DNA of 30,946 nucleotides from a virus (Duplodnaviria > Caudoviricetes): IMG/VR virus record IMGVR_UViG_3300043429_000320, positions 1 to 30,946 of that record. One strand, written 5' to 3'. Shown piece after piece: positions 14,200-23,216 of this stretch. A program made the position numbers and the translations under genes. The number at the start of each line of letters is the position of its first letter. Positions within the stretch are counted from its first letter, which is position 1. A model generated the notes under the pieces. The model was not told the origin of the DNA. It worked only from the letters and a program-made list of their open reading frames with translations, and did no database searches.

Positions 14200-16298
14200 A
14201 CTGGCCTCACGTATAGTCTCAGCGGTCCAAATATCTGCGTATCCGTCGCACCCGTTGTCCTGGTCACAGTCACCGTGTACGTGCCTGACGTGGCGGTCAC
14301 TGTAGTCGTAAGACCGAAGGACAATCGACCATTGTCGGCATACGTTGCAGTTCCATTGTAGGTCGCCACAAGCGTTCCACCGCTGTTGTATACCTTCGCC
14401 GATACTGTCGCACCAGTGATGTCGATTCCGGTTCCGTTAGCGTCTGTTACCTGGACATCGATGGACGTCGCTGTGCCGACATTAACATCGAGCGGCTGGT
14501 CTGCTCCAAGGCCATCAGCCAGGAGTTGATAAGGCCCGATGTGTACGCTCGTTGCAGCTGACACTGGCGTCAACAGATCTGCGGAGATGTAGTCTGTGCC
14601 ATTGTGAAGGAGCGCACCCTTGAGTTCCGTGGCGGCGTCGGTGTCGTTCGCGATCGCATGTATGTCAGCATCCACACGAGAGACTCCACCAGACTGATGC
14701 AGTGTGACGAGACCTTCCTTCGAGTCCTGATCTGCACGAAGGACGTTCCATCCGAATGTCCCGTGAGTCGTGTGGTCGTTCGTCAATGCACCCCAGACAG
14801 CCGATGCCGTCTGTGCAGATGTCAAGCCACCAGATGACAGCGTGACCGTCAGCACCGCGCCGTTAGTACCAGAAGCACCACGTACAACAATCGTGACATC
14901 GTCAGCACCAGCCGCAAGTGCAGCATCGGGTACGTCAAGGCGATACACGCCCGGCATATTGGTCGCGTCTACCTCCGCAAAGCCACCAGCAGTCCACGCC
15001 TGAGCGATTGTACGAGCTACTAGAGGGATGCTTACAGATGCAGTCCTTGTGCGGTTGTAGCGGGCTGACAGACCGCTTGTGGAGGCTGTAAGACCTGTAG
15101 CACCGAGATACAGTTCGATGCTTTGGGATGTGCTTCCGGGAGCGATGGTAATCGTGCTGGCGTTCCGCTCGGTTGGTAAGTAAACGCTTGATGGCGTGTA
15201 GCTTTGATATTCAGACGCACCTACTGTAGGAGTGCTTGGACTTAACCAAGTAGTGCCGTAGATATCTGATGCAAGGCTATTTGTATTGATTCCGCCATTT
15301 ACACCTGCTTGATTATTCACAAGTGCGGAAATAAATGGGTAATCTCCCCAACCTTGTATCTTGCTTAGTGATCCGTTTATACAAGCAAAACCATTCGTAA
15401 TAGTAGTGACACTTGAAGCCACGTTTGTCAAAGATGTTGATGATTGCAATACATTATAAGACTGTGTAATTTGTCCATTATTACTTTGTGAAAAGATTCC
15501 AGTGGGTGCTTCAATCAAACAGTTTTGTATGATTGATGGAAATGATGTACTCATTTGACTCACCCCGCGTACTCCAGTTGTTCCAGACAAATAACAGTTT
15601 ATTATTTTTATTCCGCCGTTCTGCCCACCTGTTTGTGACTGAAGTCTAATGCAATCACTTGTTGTTCCAAATGTATTTGGGTTGATTATTATGCAGTCAC
15701 GCACAGTTGTTTGTGAATTCCAAGTACCGGAGTGTGTCAATCCTTGCAAAGTTATTCCACCGCCTAAAAAAACACATTGGCTGATGGTTGGTCCAATAGA
15801 TCCGGCTTTAGCTGCGAAATAACAAAAGTACATTTCTGTACTTGCTGAAGGCTGATACATCAGACATCGATTGATTATTTGTGCTATTCCTGTCGATGCG
15901 TACGTATTGAAATAATTTGGGAAACCTCCTAAGTTGTAACCAACAATAGATAAATCTTGAATAGTGACATAGTCTTTATCAACAACAAAAACATTACCTG
16001 CGCTTGTTGTCGTGTTAGTCAAAAAGTTTGTTATTACAACTGGACCAGCTGTAACACCAGTAAATTGTGATGCAGTAGGATTGCCAGCAATCGTAACCCG
16101 TTGACCTTCACTGGCAGGGTTTGTGAATGCAGCACTGAAAGTTCCACGATAAACACCGGGAGCGATATATAATGTGTCACCCGGAGCAATACCAGTTGCA
16201 CCAATAGCCTTGGTTATCGTCTGCCACGCTTGATTTGTGGCAGGACCAGTCCCGGCATTTAAATCACTACCGTCAGTCCTGACATAATAAGTTGCCAT
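14196..16298 (-). CDS. Virion appendage / receptor-binding protein with N-terminal right-handed beta-helix (pectin-lyase-like) domain
   Basis: ATYYVRTDGSD..AGT....WQTITKA....PGDTLYIAPGVY is a beta-helix N-cap, followed by Asn/Cys/Ile ladder repeats; Ig-like C-terminus. Confidence 0.75.
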   Translation of the reverse strand: MATYYVRTDGSDLNAGTGPATNQAWQTITKAIGATGIAPGDTLYIAPGVYRGTFSAAFTNPASEGQRVTIAGNPTASQFTGVTAGPVVITNFLTNTTTSAGNVFVVDKDYVTIQDLSIVGYNLGGFPNYFNTYASTGIAQIINRCLMYQPSASTEMYFCYFAAKAGSIGPTISQCVFLGGGITLQGLTHSGTWNSQTTVRDCIIINPNTFGTTSDCIRLQSQTGGQNGGIKIINCYLSGTTGVRGVSQMSTSFPSIIQNCLIEAPTGIFSQSNNGQITQSYNVLQSSTSLTNVASSVTTITNGFACINGSLSKIQGWGDYPFISALVNNQAGVNGGINTNSLASDIYGTTWLSPSTPTVGASEYQSYTPSSVYLPTERNASTITIAPGSTSQSIELYLGATGLTASTSGLSARYNRTRTASVSIPLVARTIAQAWTAGGFAEVDATNMPGVYRLDVPDAALAAGADDVTIVVRGASGTNGAVLTVTLSSGGLTSAQTASAVWGALTNDHTTHGTFGWNVLRADQDSKEGLVTLHQSGGVSRVDADIHAIANDTDAATELKGALLHNGTDYISADLLTPVSAATSVHIGPYQLLADGLGADQPLDVNVGTATSIDVQVTDANGTGIDITGATVSAKVYNSGGTLVATYNGTATYADNGRLSFGLTTTVTATSGTYTVTVTRTTGATDTQIFGPLRLYVRPV

Positions 16299-16525
16299 TA
16301 TTCAGCCGTTCCCGCTACAATTTGTTGCGCCATAATCACCGCAAACTGATTGACGATACCTGATTGAAATTCTTCATCCTGCTGAACCCACCAGATGTTG
16401 ACAGATGTACCATCCTGACCAAACGTGCCTAGGATATTCCCGTTGTCATCTTCGATATCACCAAATACACGCCAGTCGGTAGAAGGTGCAGGTTCCTTTT
16501 CAATACGGAAGTTTTGTAGGTTCAT
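16298..16525 (-). CDS. Hypothetical protein (75 aa)
   Basis: ATGA and TAATG coupling to both neighbours. Confidence 0.7.
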   Translation of the reverse strand: MNLQNFRIEKEPAPSTDWRVFGDIEDDNGNILGTFGQDGTSVNIWWVQQDEEFQSGIVNQFAVIMAQQIVAGTAE

Positions 16526-16773
16526 TTACCCACCTTTAGCGCATTCATACCCGTACCCTTAAACGGCATCGTCAAGAACGCCAATACACTAGACACCGCA
16601 GCGGAGACACCAGCCGCTACAGCCTTGCTTCCGTACAGTGCCATCACTGCTCCCAGCTCGGCGAGCGTGTCTGCTTCAGCGGTACGGATGCCGTCACCGA
16701 ATACAGTCGAGAAGCTCGCAACGAAGGCGATCAGGACAACCACGACCAGCCGACCGATTGATATTGAATTCAT
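16522..16773 (-). CDS. Putative holin / small membrane protein (about 2 TM helices)
   Basis: LVVVVLIAFVASFSTVFG and AVAAGVSAAVSSVLAFL are hydrophobic segments; basic C-terminus; 83 aa. Confidence 0.5.
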   Translation of the reverse strand: MNSISIGRLVVVVLIAFVASFSTVFGDGIRTAEADTLAELGAVMALYGSKAVAAGVSAAVSSVLAFLTMPFKGTGMNALKVGK

Positions 16774-16997
16774 CTTTGCAAACTCCCCTCGATCATAGCG
16801 ACACGACTCTCGAGTTTACCGAGGCGCTCCTCGATGCGTCGCACTTCCTGTGCCTGTCCGGACAATGTGGCATTCACGTTCTCGAGCTTCACTGTCAGCA
16901 CGTTGATGCTTACCTGCAGTTTGGTATAGGTTCCAATGACGGCCCCCAATACCAGGACAAGTTGTCCGATCAGCGCTACAACGACCTCTAATGTCAT
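16770..16997 (-). CDS. Small protein with N-terminal TM helix and coiled coil (possible lysis accessory)
   Basis: VVVALIGQLVLVLGAVIG followed by heptads (VRRIEERLGKLESRVAMIEG); GGAG RBS. Confidence 0.6.
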   Translation of the reverse strand: MTLEVVVALIGQLVLVLGAVIGTYTKLQVSINVLTVKLENVNATLSGQAQEVRRIEERLGKLESRVAMIEGSLQR

Positions 16998-17067
16998 ACC
17001 ATCACTCCACTGTACATCTTCACTCTAATATGGTGGCACAGTCGGATATCTCGCATCACGCAGTCGG

Positions 17068-17448
17068 TTAACCGTTTGACCTCGAGCGGAGCGCGATTGT
17101 TTGACTGACTTCGTTCGAATGTCCCCAATCGCTTCCGATCACTTCGTAGTATGGCGCGAGGTTCTGCGGATTCCCGGATGTGTATATCCTGTCATCTGCC
17201 TTGACTTCGACTTCTGGTGAACAGGTGAGCGTCCATGTACCAGCCTGCTCAATCATGCCTCCGACAATGCCTTCAGAATCGCCTGTATTGGCGATTGTGG
17301 CGCGAATCTCAGCCACCTGTATCCAGTGTTGGCTAATGCCTCCGATACCGTCAGACTGGTTCACGTTTCGCCAGATCTGCACACGGTCACTGTAGGCGTA
17401 GTTCGCGAGCGCGACTTTGAGCGCGGTAACGTATGGCGCCGGAATCAT
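17068..17448 (-). CDS. Head closure / head-tail joining protein (SPP1 gp16-like)
   Basis: DRVQIWR...DGIGG....W...AEIRA ... VKADDRI ... YEVIG pattern; synteny. Confidence 0.75.
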   Translation of the reverse strand: MIPAPYVTALKVALANYAYSDRVQIWRNVNQSDGIGGISQHWIQVAEIRATIANTGDSEGIVGGMIEQAGTWTLTCSPEVEVKADDRIYTSGNPQNLAPYYEVIGSDWGHSNEVSQTIALRSRSNG

Positions 17449-17933
17449 ACGAACACCATTGGGCTGTATCGCTTAGCCTGGTCGAGACAATGCTCGCGGA
17501 GTGCGGACATCTTCGCGTCGACTTGACCATCCTTCACATCGATGAGATGCGTGATGCTCGATGCTTTGCGAATCCATCCCTGTCGCGCAGCTGCGCGGAT
17601 GTCATAGCGTTCGTTATTGGCTGGACCGATGTCCTGCCACAGAAGGTCTCCGCTTCCATCGTTCACTGTGTAGTTCAGCGTCTGCGTCCACTGTGGAAAC
17701 TGTGGCTCAGTGGAATCAGATGTCCCTGCGATAACGCACTGGTACAGTCGACCATTCGCGACGGTTGGAATCACGATGTCGCCAACCACGTAGGCAGTAG
17801 AAGCAGTCCAGACCGACCAGCGTGCGTGGTCGTCGACGAGCTGCTGGAGCGCAGTGGAATCCAGCTGTGGATATTGGTCAGATGCGACCATCCATGCGAG
17901 GCGTTCAAGTGCTTGTGTCCGTGTGTATGGCAT
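17445..17933 (-). CDS. Head-tail connector/adaptor with inserted CBM5/12-like segment
   Basis: First gene after the capsid gene; YDIRAAARQGWIRKAS adaptor-like C-terminus; internal WTASTAYVVGDIV...GRLYQC...GTS..EP module. Confidence 0.65.
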   Translation of the reverse strand: MPYTRTQALERLAWMVASDQYPQLDSTALQQLVDDHARWSVWTASTAYVVGDIVIPTVANGRLYQCVIAGTSDSTEPQFPQWTQTLNYTVNDGSGDLLWQDIGPANNERYDIRAAARQGWIRKASSITHLIDVKDGQVDAKMSALREHCLDQAKRYSPMVFV

Positions 17934-17946
17934 GAGCGATTCCTAG

Positions 17947-17986
17947 TAAAACAAAAAGGGAACGGGAATGGTATCCCGCTCCCCTT
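17947..17986 (-). terminator. Intrinsic terminator after the major capsid gene
   Basis: Minus strand GGGAGCGGGA-TACCAT-TCCCGTTCCC followed by TTTTTGTTTT. Confidence 0.85.
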
Positions 17987-18005
17987 GACTGCGAAGTCAG
18001 ACAGC

Positions 18006-19301
18006 CTACGAAGCGGCAGCCTGGAGAACGATGATGGAACCAGGAACCTGATCGGCCACGGTTGCGGTGACGTTTCCGACGTCGAAGCAGTTGAACGCAT
18101 AGCGCTCGGTCGCCTTGAACGTCAAAGCATCCTCGACGAACTTCACCTGATCGGAAACTTCGACCGTGACGCCACGACGATCACCGAACGCGACACCCTT
18201 GGAGAGGTCTCCGAGGACTGCGAGCGTCTTGGATACACCGGTTGCGGACGGCATGTTCTGAACGAAGCTGATCGGGATACCGAACAGTGTTGGTTCAGGA
18301 CCGTATGCATTCTGGATGTCCATAATGCTGTTTCCGGAGAGTGCAATCAACTTGTCTGCGACAGCGTTGTAGAACACGTTCTTGTGCATGTACCAGCGTG
18401 GGTTCGTGGCGTATGGCTGAAGTTTGCCGACCATGGACTGGAAGTTCGCGAGCGTGAAGCTCGAGAGGTTGGTCTGTGATCCGGATGGTCCAACAACCAT
18501 GGAAGCGATGCTCGAGAATGTTCCGGAGAGAGCCTTGATACGAGGCATGATTCCAGTGATGGAGCCATAGGTGGAAGTACCGTCGCCCTGGAATGCAGCT
18601 GCATCTTCAGCGAGTGCGAGACCGTATGCGAAGTCCTGTGCCAAAGTAGCACCGAAGTCGATGACGGTATCCTCGTTCAGTTCCTTGGACACGATGGTCA
18701 GGATGGCGAGTTTCTTGGCTGCGAGTGCGACCTGCGTGAATGCGATGTCGGATGCAGTGATTGCAGTGGCTTCACCAGGATAATAAGTCGTGGTCGAAGT
18801 CGATGCATTCGGGACATTGAGGACATCGGATGTCATCGGGTAGATGCGGCTGAAGCGACGTGCTACACCGTACTCGTTGCGGAGCCAGATCAGGCTGGAC
18901 GAAACGATTTCAGGAACAGTGTATCCACCCTGTCCGTTGTCGCCTTCGGTCTGTGACTTGACGCCATTCTCAGCGCACCATCGTGCAGCCTTAGCATTTC
19001 CAAGGACTTCGCCACGGACCCACTGGCCGAAGGCGTATGCCTTGAAGTTTGCCTCTTCACGAGTACCAGGGAATGGGTTACGGGTTACACCGCCGGACTT
19101 CCATGGCTCAGACTTTGGCGCTTCTGCTGCGACTGGTGCAGGCACGTTGCCGAACTCCTTGAGCATCTCGATGCGCTCAGAGAGGGACTTTGCATTTGCA
19201 TGGAGGCGAGTGGCTTCGGCCATATCTCCACCGTTGATGAGGACTTCCTTAGCGGCAGCGATTGTAGACTGGCGCTGTCCTTCGAGTTGTTCGATTGTCA
19301 T
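18006..19301 (-). CDS. Major capsid protein, HK97 family
   Basis: Helical N-terminal delta domain; GGYTVPE, KKLAILTIVSKELNED, EDAAAFQGDG, WYMH, TLFGIPI, GDLS motifs. Confidence 0.95.
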   Translation of the reverse strand: MTIEQLEGQRQSTIAAAKEVLINGGDMAEATRLHANAKSLSERIEMLKEFGNVPAPVAAEAPKSEPWKSGGVTRNPFPGTREEANFKAYAFGQWVRGEVLGNAKAARWCAENGVKSQTEGDNGQGGYTVPEIVSSSLIWLRNEYGVARRFSRIYPMTSDVLNVPNASTSTTTYYPGEATAITASDIAFTQVALAAKKLAILTIVSKELNEDTVIDFGATLAQDFAYGLALAEDAAAFQGDGTSTYGSITGIMPRIKALSGTFSSIASMVVGPSGSQTNLSSFTLANFQSMVGKLQPYATNPRWYMHKNVFYNAVADKLIALSGNSIMDIQNAYGPEPTLFGIPISFVQNMPSATGVSKTLAVLGDLSKGVAFGDRRGVTVEVSDQVKFVEDALTFKATERYAFNCFDVGNVTATVADQVPGSIIVLQAAAS

Positions 19302-20290
19302 TGACTTAACTCCAAGATCATGAGCTCACGAAGGAGAGCGGACTTCGCTTCCTCGATATCGCTCGAGTATTCGACGATGGTTTCTTCCGTCTCGACCGCT
19401 TGCTCTCCAAGCTCAGCCCAGATGGTCTTTGCGAATCTTGTCGACTCGCTACGTGAGAGACGGACTGCATCCCGCAGGCGTCGCTCCACTTCGCGGATGG
19501 ACGTAGGACGCTCGAGCATAGCCTTCAGGCTTTGCGCTTCAGCGACCGGGTCCTTCACTTTGCTGTTCAGTTCCTTCGCACGGTTGGCGAATGCATCGAT
19601 GATGGCATCCACATGTCCACTGCCGAGTCCACTGTCATATGCAGCTGTTACACCAGCACACAGACGCTCGTAGAGCGCCTCAAGTCCTTCGTGGACCATC
19701 TCCTTGTCAAGGTCGCCATAGACTGACTCGACGAATGTCGCCACGTCTTCTCCTGGCGCGACAGGGATAATCATCTCTTCTTCTTCCATGCCTTCTCCAT
19801 CCATCTCGCCGTACATGTCCTTCAAGGACTTGACCATGTTCATCGGTTCAGCCGGCGTCGGTGTGAGCGATGCCTCACCGATTGGCCAGCGTGTAATTTC
19901 GTATCGGCCATCAGCAGACTTCTTACGCTCGACCATGTGACCAGTGGCGCCGGATGAATATCCGAGCTTGCCAGACTTCGCGAGGTCGGCGATCATCTTC
20001 TGATATTCATCAGCCATCTCGACCTGTGCTTCGTACCAGAGACCCTTGTCATCCATGGTGATGTAGCCCGTACCGATGCGAGACTTCCCGATTGTTCGGT
20101 CCTGTCCGTGATGATAGTAGAGGTTCATCGGGACACGATCTCCGGACTTCATCGGTCGACCGAAGTCGGTCTCCTTCGTGAAGTAGTCGCCCTCGAGGTC
20201 CTGACCGCCGAAGCGTACCAGGTAACCACGCACACGACCGGAGTCGTCCGCTTTGATTGCACTCCCGAAGTTCACCAGTGTCTGCATCAT
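19298..20290 (-). CDS. Prohead maturation protease (HK97-type) with acidic/helical C-terminal extension
   Basis: VRGYLVRFG..DLEGD, YHH, DDKGLW, GYSSG, EASLTPTPAEP; ATG at 20290 gives an ATGA overlap. Confidence 0.88.
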   Translation of the reverse strand: MMQTLVNFGSAIKADDSGRVRGYLVRFGGQDLEGDYFTKETDFGRPMKSGDRVPMNLYYHHGQDRTIGKSRIGTGYITMDDKGLWYEAQVEMADEYQKMIADLAKSGKLGYSSGATGHMVERKKSADGRYEITRWPIGEASLTPTPAEPMNMVKSLKDMYGEMDGEGMEEEEMIIPVAPGEDVATFVESVYGDLDKEMVHEGLEALYERLCAGVTAAYDSGLGSGHVDAIIDAFANRAKELNSKVKDPVAEAQSLKAMLERPTSIREVERRLRDAVRLSRSESTRFAKTIWAELGEQAVETEETIVEYSSDIEEAKSALLRELMILELSQ

Positions 20291-21312
20291 AAATCCCTCA
20301 GTGGCACAACGACTGCCTGTGGACCCCATAGGTCGTTTGGAACAACCTTACCGAAGTCCGACAGGCTGGTGCCTGTTTCCCACATCCTATACCGTGACGG
20401 TCCGAGCACCTGTCGACGTTGCGCTTCTGTCAACATCATAAACTGCTCATCGCGTGTCGGTAGTTCCGGCGCTTCGTCGAACGCATCCGGGTCAAGCCCA
20501 GCGAGTTCAGCATACGTCGGAGTGATTGGGACTATCGTACACCTACAGTTTGGATGCGATGGAACGATTGTTGCAACAGGGTTCGGTTGTCCATGCAATG
20601 CCCAGCATACGGGACACACGTTAACATCACCAGCAGACACGCGAGACCAGCCACGCACGATGGACAGATTCGCTTCGAATGTCTGTCGCTGTGCTTCGCG
20701 GTTGGCTCGAATCATCTCTGTTCGTGCGATGGTTGCAGCTCGTGATGGTGCCAGCGTCTCATACGTCCGCGCCATACGACGAGCGACCTGTAGCGGATTC
20801 ATTCCCTGGGCGACACCGATGGTGACATGGTCGCGTGCAAATGGTCCGATGGCTTCGTAGAGTGCCGCCAGCGGTGAACCATCAGCCGCGAAGCCGACCA
20901 CGTTCGTGATGGCTTCGACCGGTAATCTGTTCCAGTTGAGATCGATGGCCATTGACACGGAATCAGGAATACCAGCGACAGCACGCACGAGGTCCTCCTG
21001 CATGTCGAGCGAGAGCTGGATTGCGCTTCGCTGTCCGTTGCTGGCGATGTCGGTCGCTCGAGGAGCGAACTCCGTGACCTGTCTGGCCATCTGCTCGTTC
21101 AATGCCGCGAGTCGCACCTGGTAGTCATTCAGCGCCGTGACATCTTCGCCTGCTGCCTGTGCTTCCTCAATCGCCTGAGTTATCTCCTCGAGGCGCTGGA
21201 GGTTGTCTGCTTGCAGAACGCCATACGTTCTCCGCATCTCAGCGAGCGCGGAATCTTCGCGAGCACGAAGCCTGTTTCGGTATCGCTCATTGACTTGATA
21301 GATGTCAGGCAT
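20287..21312 (-). CDS. Minor head protein (Mu gpF / SPP1 gp7-like)
   Basis: RAATIARTEMIRA ... VCPVCWALHG ... HPNCRCTIVP. Confidence 0.9.
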   Translation of the reverse strand: MPDIYQVNERYRNRLRAREDSALAEMRRTYGVLQADNLQRLEEITQAIEEAQAAGEDVTALNDYQVRLAALNEQMARQVTEFAPRATDIASNGQRSAIQLSLDMQEDLVRAVAGIPDSVSMAIDLNWNRLPVEAITNVVGFAADGSPLAALYEAIGPFARDHVTIGVAQGMNPLQVARRMARTYETLAPSRAATIARTEMIRANREAQRQTFEANLSIVRGWSRVSAGDVNVCPVCWALHGQPNPVATIVPSHPNCRCTIVPITPTYAELAGLDPDAFDEAPELPTRDEQFMMLTEAQRRQVLGPSRYRMWETGTSLSDFGKVVPNDLWGPQAVVVPLRDL

Positions 21313-23191
21313 CGGCGTCTGTCAGCTCGTAACCATAGTACGGATGATAGGACTTCCCGTTTTCCTTCGGCGCCATGCGCTTCAGAATCTCTTTGCGTGC
21401 AGCTGTGGCCCAGCGATATCCCGCATCACCGCCCCATGCAGCCCATGCTACGCGACCAGCGGACGGATAACCTTCCTCACCTGGTCGGAATCCTTCCGCT
21501 TCCTTGTCTACTTCGTGACGTCGGAAAAACGAATACATCCGAAGGACAGTAGACTCACTGAGTTTCTCGCCAGCGATGATCTGATTCGCCCTGGCCCATG
21601 CCACAGCAGTTCCACCATCAAGACCAGCATCACGCCACTCGATGGCGCGTTGTGCTTCTTCCTTCATCTCTTTGGACGGGAAGAACTTCAGCCCGGGTTC
21701 GGATTCATCATCGAATGCTTTGGTCTCTTCTCGTACCGTGACAGGTAACAGACCTAGGTGCTGAATCGGGTCGAGTCCAACAGCCTGAAGTGCAGCAGTC
21801 GGTTCGAATCCAGCACGAATCAGGGAACCAGCAGCACTCACGAGTTTCGCAGTCTCATCAGCTGTACGTGCCGTTGAAACAGGCGCTGCATCAGGGACCA
21901 GGAGTTCCTGTCCGCCGATCTGTACAGGCACAGCAGTCGGATGATAATAACCCTCATCGTCGTCAGATGGCGTCACACCTGCGACACGCTTCGCGGTTGC
22001 GAGGTCCACGATACCAGCCTTATACAATCGCTCAGCACGCTCAGCGTCTTCGTTCAAGTCAGCCTGGAGCGCCGGCACATTCGACACATCAAACTCGAGG
22101 TAGTCGCCAGGCTGTGTTTCTTCGTAGTCTGGAAGAAGCGCGATGGTCAACGCTTCGGCCATCTGACGCATCAGCGGAATCATTCCGTCAGTCCATGCCG
22201 AGCGCGTCGCCTGCTCGAGGTTCGAATAGGTCGCACGCTCGAGACCACTGCCGAGCTGGAGGACGAGAGGATTCAAACCGAGTGCAGCGCAGACACGCTC
22301 CTCTGGTTTGCGCCGAATCTCATCGAACGCCATCTCTGATGGTTTGTGGCTGACCTGCTCGACCTTGAATGGTCCAGTCATTACCAGGACAGAACCAGCA
22401 TTGTCGCCTGTGAAGTCCTGTTGAAGTTTGCGCTTCGTCTGGCGTGCATCGTCTTCGGACAGGTCCTCGACTCCACCCTTGTAGTCTGGTCCGACCATGA
22501 TCGATGGCATGCCACCGTTGCGAACCATTCCGAACGCAGCTGATGCAGCGACGTTGTCAGTTGCGATCTCACGAAGGACAGACGTCACAGGAGAACGACC
22601 GAAGCGAGAGTCCTGCGGATCTCGACCATACCGGATGTGAATCATGTCCTCGAGCGGAATATCGTACGACGTGCCATCGACCGTGTACTGATACTTGATG
22701 AGAGGATTCACCTTGTTTCCGACTGGCCTCACCATGTCAGCCGCGAGGTATTGAAGACCAACGACACGACCAGCGACACGCACTTTGCGGAAGTAGGCAT
22801 TTCCGAGGAGTTGATAGTCTGGCAGAATCCACGACCAGACGAGCGAAGGTGGAACATTCGGTGTCGGTTGCGTGAGGAGTTGGAGAATCGGATGGTCTGC
22901 GACGGTCTCGACCTGTCCGTCAGGCATCGGTCTCCGGACAGCTGGAACACCTTGTGACCAGTTTCGAATATACCAATCCATACCAATCGCGACGATGCTG
23001 TTCAGCATCAAGTCGCCAGCCTGATTCCTCCAGTTGAAGCTCGAGCCTGGAAGGTTGCGTGTCAGTAGACTCCAGAAGTCTCCGTTTCCTGTGCCAGTGA
23101 AGTAGGACGTCTGTCGCTGAATCAGTGGAGGCGGAAGGAGTGCGGATGGTGCGGCAGTTGCTTTGCCTCGCAGGCGGTCAAAGAGTCCCAT
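21305..23191 (-). CDS. Portal protein (HK97-like) with C-terminal fused domain
   Basis: HPILQLL..P, LLGNAY, MIHIR, GRSPV, NAGSVLVM, ATYSNLEQA; about 200 additional C-terminal residues. Confidence 0.93.
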   Translation of the reverse strand: MGLFDRLRGKATAAPSALLPPPLIQRQTSYFTGTGNGDFWSLLTRNLPGSSFNWRNQAGDLMLNSIVAIGMDWYIRNWSQGVPAVRRPMPDGQVETVADHPILQLLTQPTPNVPPSLVWSWILPDYQLLGNAYFRKVRVAGRVVGLQYLAADMVRPVGNKVNPLIKYQYTVDGTSYDIPLEDMIHIRYGRDPQDSRFGRSPVTSVLREIATDNVAASAAFGMVRNGGMPSIMVGPDYKGGVEDLSEDDARQTKRKLQQDFTGDNAGSVLVMTGPFKVEQVSHKPSEMAFDEIRRKPEERVCAALGLNPLVLQLGSGLERATYSNLEQATRSAWTDGMIPLMRQMAEALTIALLPDYEETQPGDYLEFDVSNVPALQADLNEDAERAERLYKAGIVDLATAKRVAGVTPSDDDEGYYHPTAVPVQIGGQELLVPDAAPVSTARTADETAKLVSAAGSLIRAGFEPTAALQAVGLDPIQHLGLLPVTVREETKAFDDESEPGLKFFPSKEMKEEAQRAIEWRDAGLDGGTAVAWARANQIIAGEKLSESTVLRMYSFFRRHEVDKEAEGFRPGEEGYPSAGRVAWAAWGGDAGYRWATAARKEILKRMAPKENGKSYHPYYGYELTDADA

Positions 23192-23216
23192 GGTCTTATT
23201 GTGTTCCTATCATGTC

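Noticed and set aside
17031-17040. TGTGCCAC (minus strand) near 17035, 20303 and 24986 as a late promoter motif
   Set aside because: Two copies lie in coding sequence at inconsistent distances from starts; an 8-mer match of this kind is not persuasive.
17433-18479. 348-aa + strand ORF and other long antisense ORFs (8303..9055, 10487..11077, 20108..20860, 23949..24578)
   Set aside because: Shadow ORFs opposite well-supported structural genes in GC-rich DNA, with no recognisable motifs.
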